Source of the DNA: Bacillota bacterium
Lineage (GTDB): Bacteria > Bacillota > JAAYKD01
Assembly: GCA_963666425.2 (NCBI GenBank)
Contig: OY762825.2
Location: forward strand, 864,001-928,000
Direction: 5' to 3'
Length of the DNA stretch: 64,000 bases
Shown: positions 63,169 through 64,000 of the stretch, piece after piece
Layout of the letters: each line of letters opens with the position of its first letter
Numbering within the stretch: the stretch's first letter is position 1
Notes under the pieces: generated by a model
What the model was told of the DNA's origin: nothing
Databases searched by the model: none
What the model saw: the letters and a program-made list of their open reading frames with translations, nothing else
Translations under genes and position numbers: made by a program

Positions 63169-64000
63169 ATGAGAGAAGAAACGGACCTATCACAGGAAAA
63201 ACAATCCTTCCTAACGGGAGCCTTCATCCTGACTTTAGCGAGTTTGATCAGTCAGGTGATCGGAGTATTTTCCAAGATTTTTCTACTCTGGCTGATTGGT
63301 GAAGAAGGAGTCGGCATTTATAACTTCCCCTATCCTTTTTTCGCTATTATTCTTTCCTTCTCCTCGGTAGGATTTAATGTTGCGATCTCCAAATTGGTAG
63401 CCGAATACATGGCATATCATGACCTCTATCACGCTCGGCGTGTCTTTCGTCTGGGAATGCGTCTGAGTCTTGCCTTAGGAACTGCCGGCATGCTGCTGCT
63501 CTTGATCATGGCTTATCCCATGGCACGTTTTGTGCATCAGGATATGAGAGCCTGGCTCTCTTACTGTGTTTTGGCTCCGACCGCTCTGATCACATCCTTC
63601 CAGGCCATCTACCGTGGTTATTTTCAAGGTTTACAGAATATGAAGCCCAACGCCTATTCCCAAATCATCGAACAATGTTTTCGGGTAGTGGTGATGTTGA
63701 CTGCCGCCTGGATCTTACTGCCTTATGGCTTAGAATATGCTGCCGCCGGTGCTACCCTGGGTGCCGCCGGCGGTGCGATCGCCGCTTCACTTTTTCTGCG
63801 CCACCTGTTCAATCAAGCGTATCGTCTGGCTCCGGCTGTGCAGAAACCTCAGCAAAAAGTAGCCAATAAACAATTAATCCGCCGAATTTTGAGCTACGCC
63901 GTACCAATCAGTTTGGCTGGAATGGGCTTACCGCTTTTTTTGCTCTCGGATTCCCTCCTGATCGCTAACCGCCTGCAGGCTGCCGGGGCTACCTTATCTG
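63169..64000 (+). CDS. MOP-superfamily polysaccharide/lipid II flippase (SpoVB/YabM-like), truncated by window end
   Basis: Manual translation MREETDLSQEKQSFLTGAFILTLASLISQVIG...GEEGVGIY..., AISKLVAE, YRGYFQG, SQIIEQ. Not in ORF track. Confidence 0.88.
   Translation, partial: MREETDLSQEKQSFLTGAFILTLASLISQVIGVFSKIFLLWLIGEEGVGIYNFPYPFFAIILSFSSVGFNVAISKLVAEYMAYHDLYHARRVFRLGMRLSLALGTAGMLLLLIMAYPMARFVHQDMRAWLSYCVLAPTALITSFQAIYRGYFQGLQNMKPNAYSQIIEQCFRVVVMLTAAWILLPYGLEYAAAGATLGAAGGAIAASLFLRHLFNQAYRLAPAVQKPQQKVANKQLIRRILSYAVPISLAGMGLPLFLLSDSLLIANRLQAAGATLS

Overview
A mostly core-chromosomal window from an anaerobic Bacillota (Firmicutes) bacterium. From left to right: (1) the AT-rich, decayed end of a probable genomic island next to tRNA-Leu(TAG), with an SDR, a SnoaL-like protein, fragments resembling an IS21 transposase, an MqsR/MqsA-Panacea toxin-antitoxin pair and a serine recombinase, plus an apparently intact IS1182; (2) a feoAB locus with a Cys-rich peptide, three palindromic operators and a small ferredoxin missed by the ORF track; (3) the conserved maf-radC-mreCD-mrdA-minD-rodA to rplU-prp-rpmA-obgE-yhbY-yqeK-LCP-rsfS cluster, which here lacks mreB, minC, minE, rng and nadD; (4) many peptide/amide hydrolases (tandem S9 peptidases, amidase, acetamidase, tandem amidohydrolases, cyclase, double-domain C26, asparaginase); (5) a complete minus-strand 16S-23S-5S operon. 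The least explained element is a ~780-bp composite repeat array just downstream of the rRNA terminator: 57-58-bp units followed by 152-bp units whose long hairpin pairs fully only on the + strand. There is no CRISPR array, reverse transcriptase or recognisable defence operon. Two genes carry single-base frameshifts in short homopolymers, possibly assembly errors. All family calls come from motif recognition by eye, not database searches.
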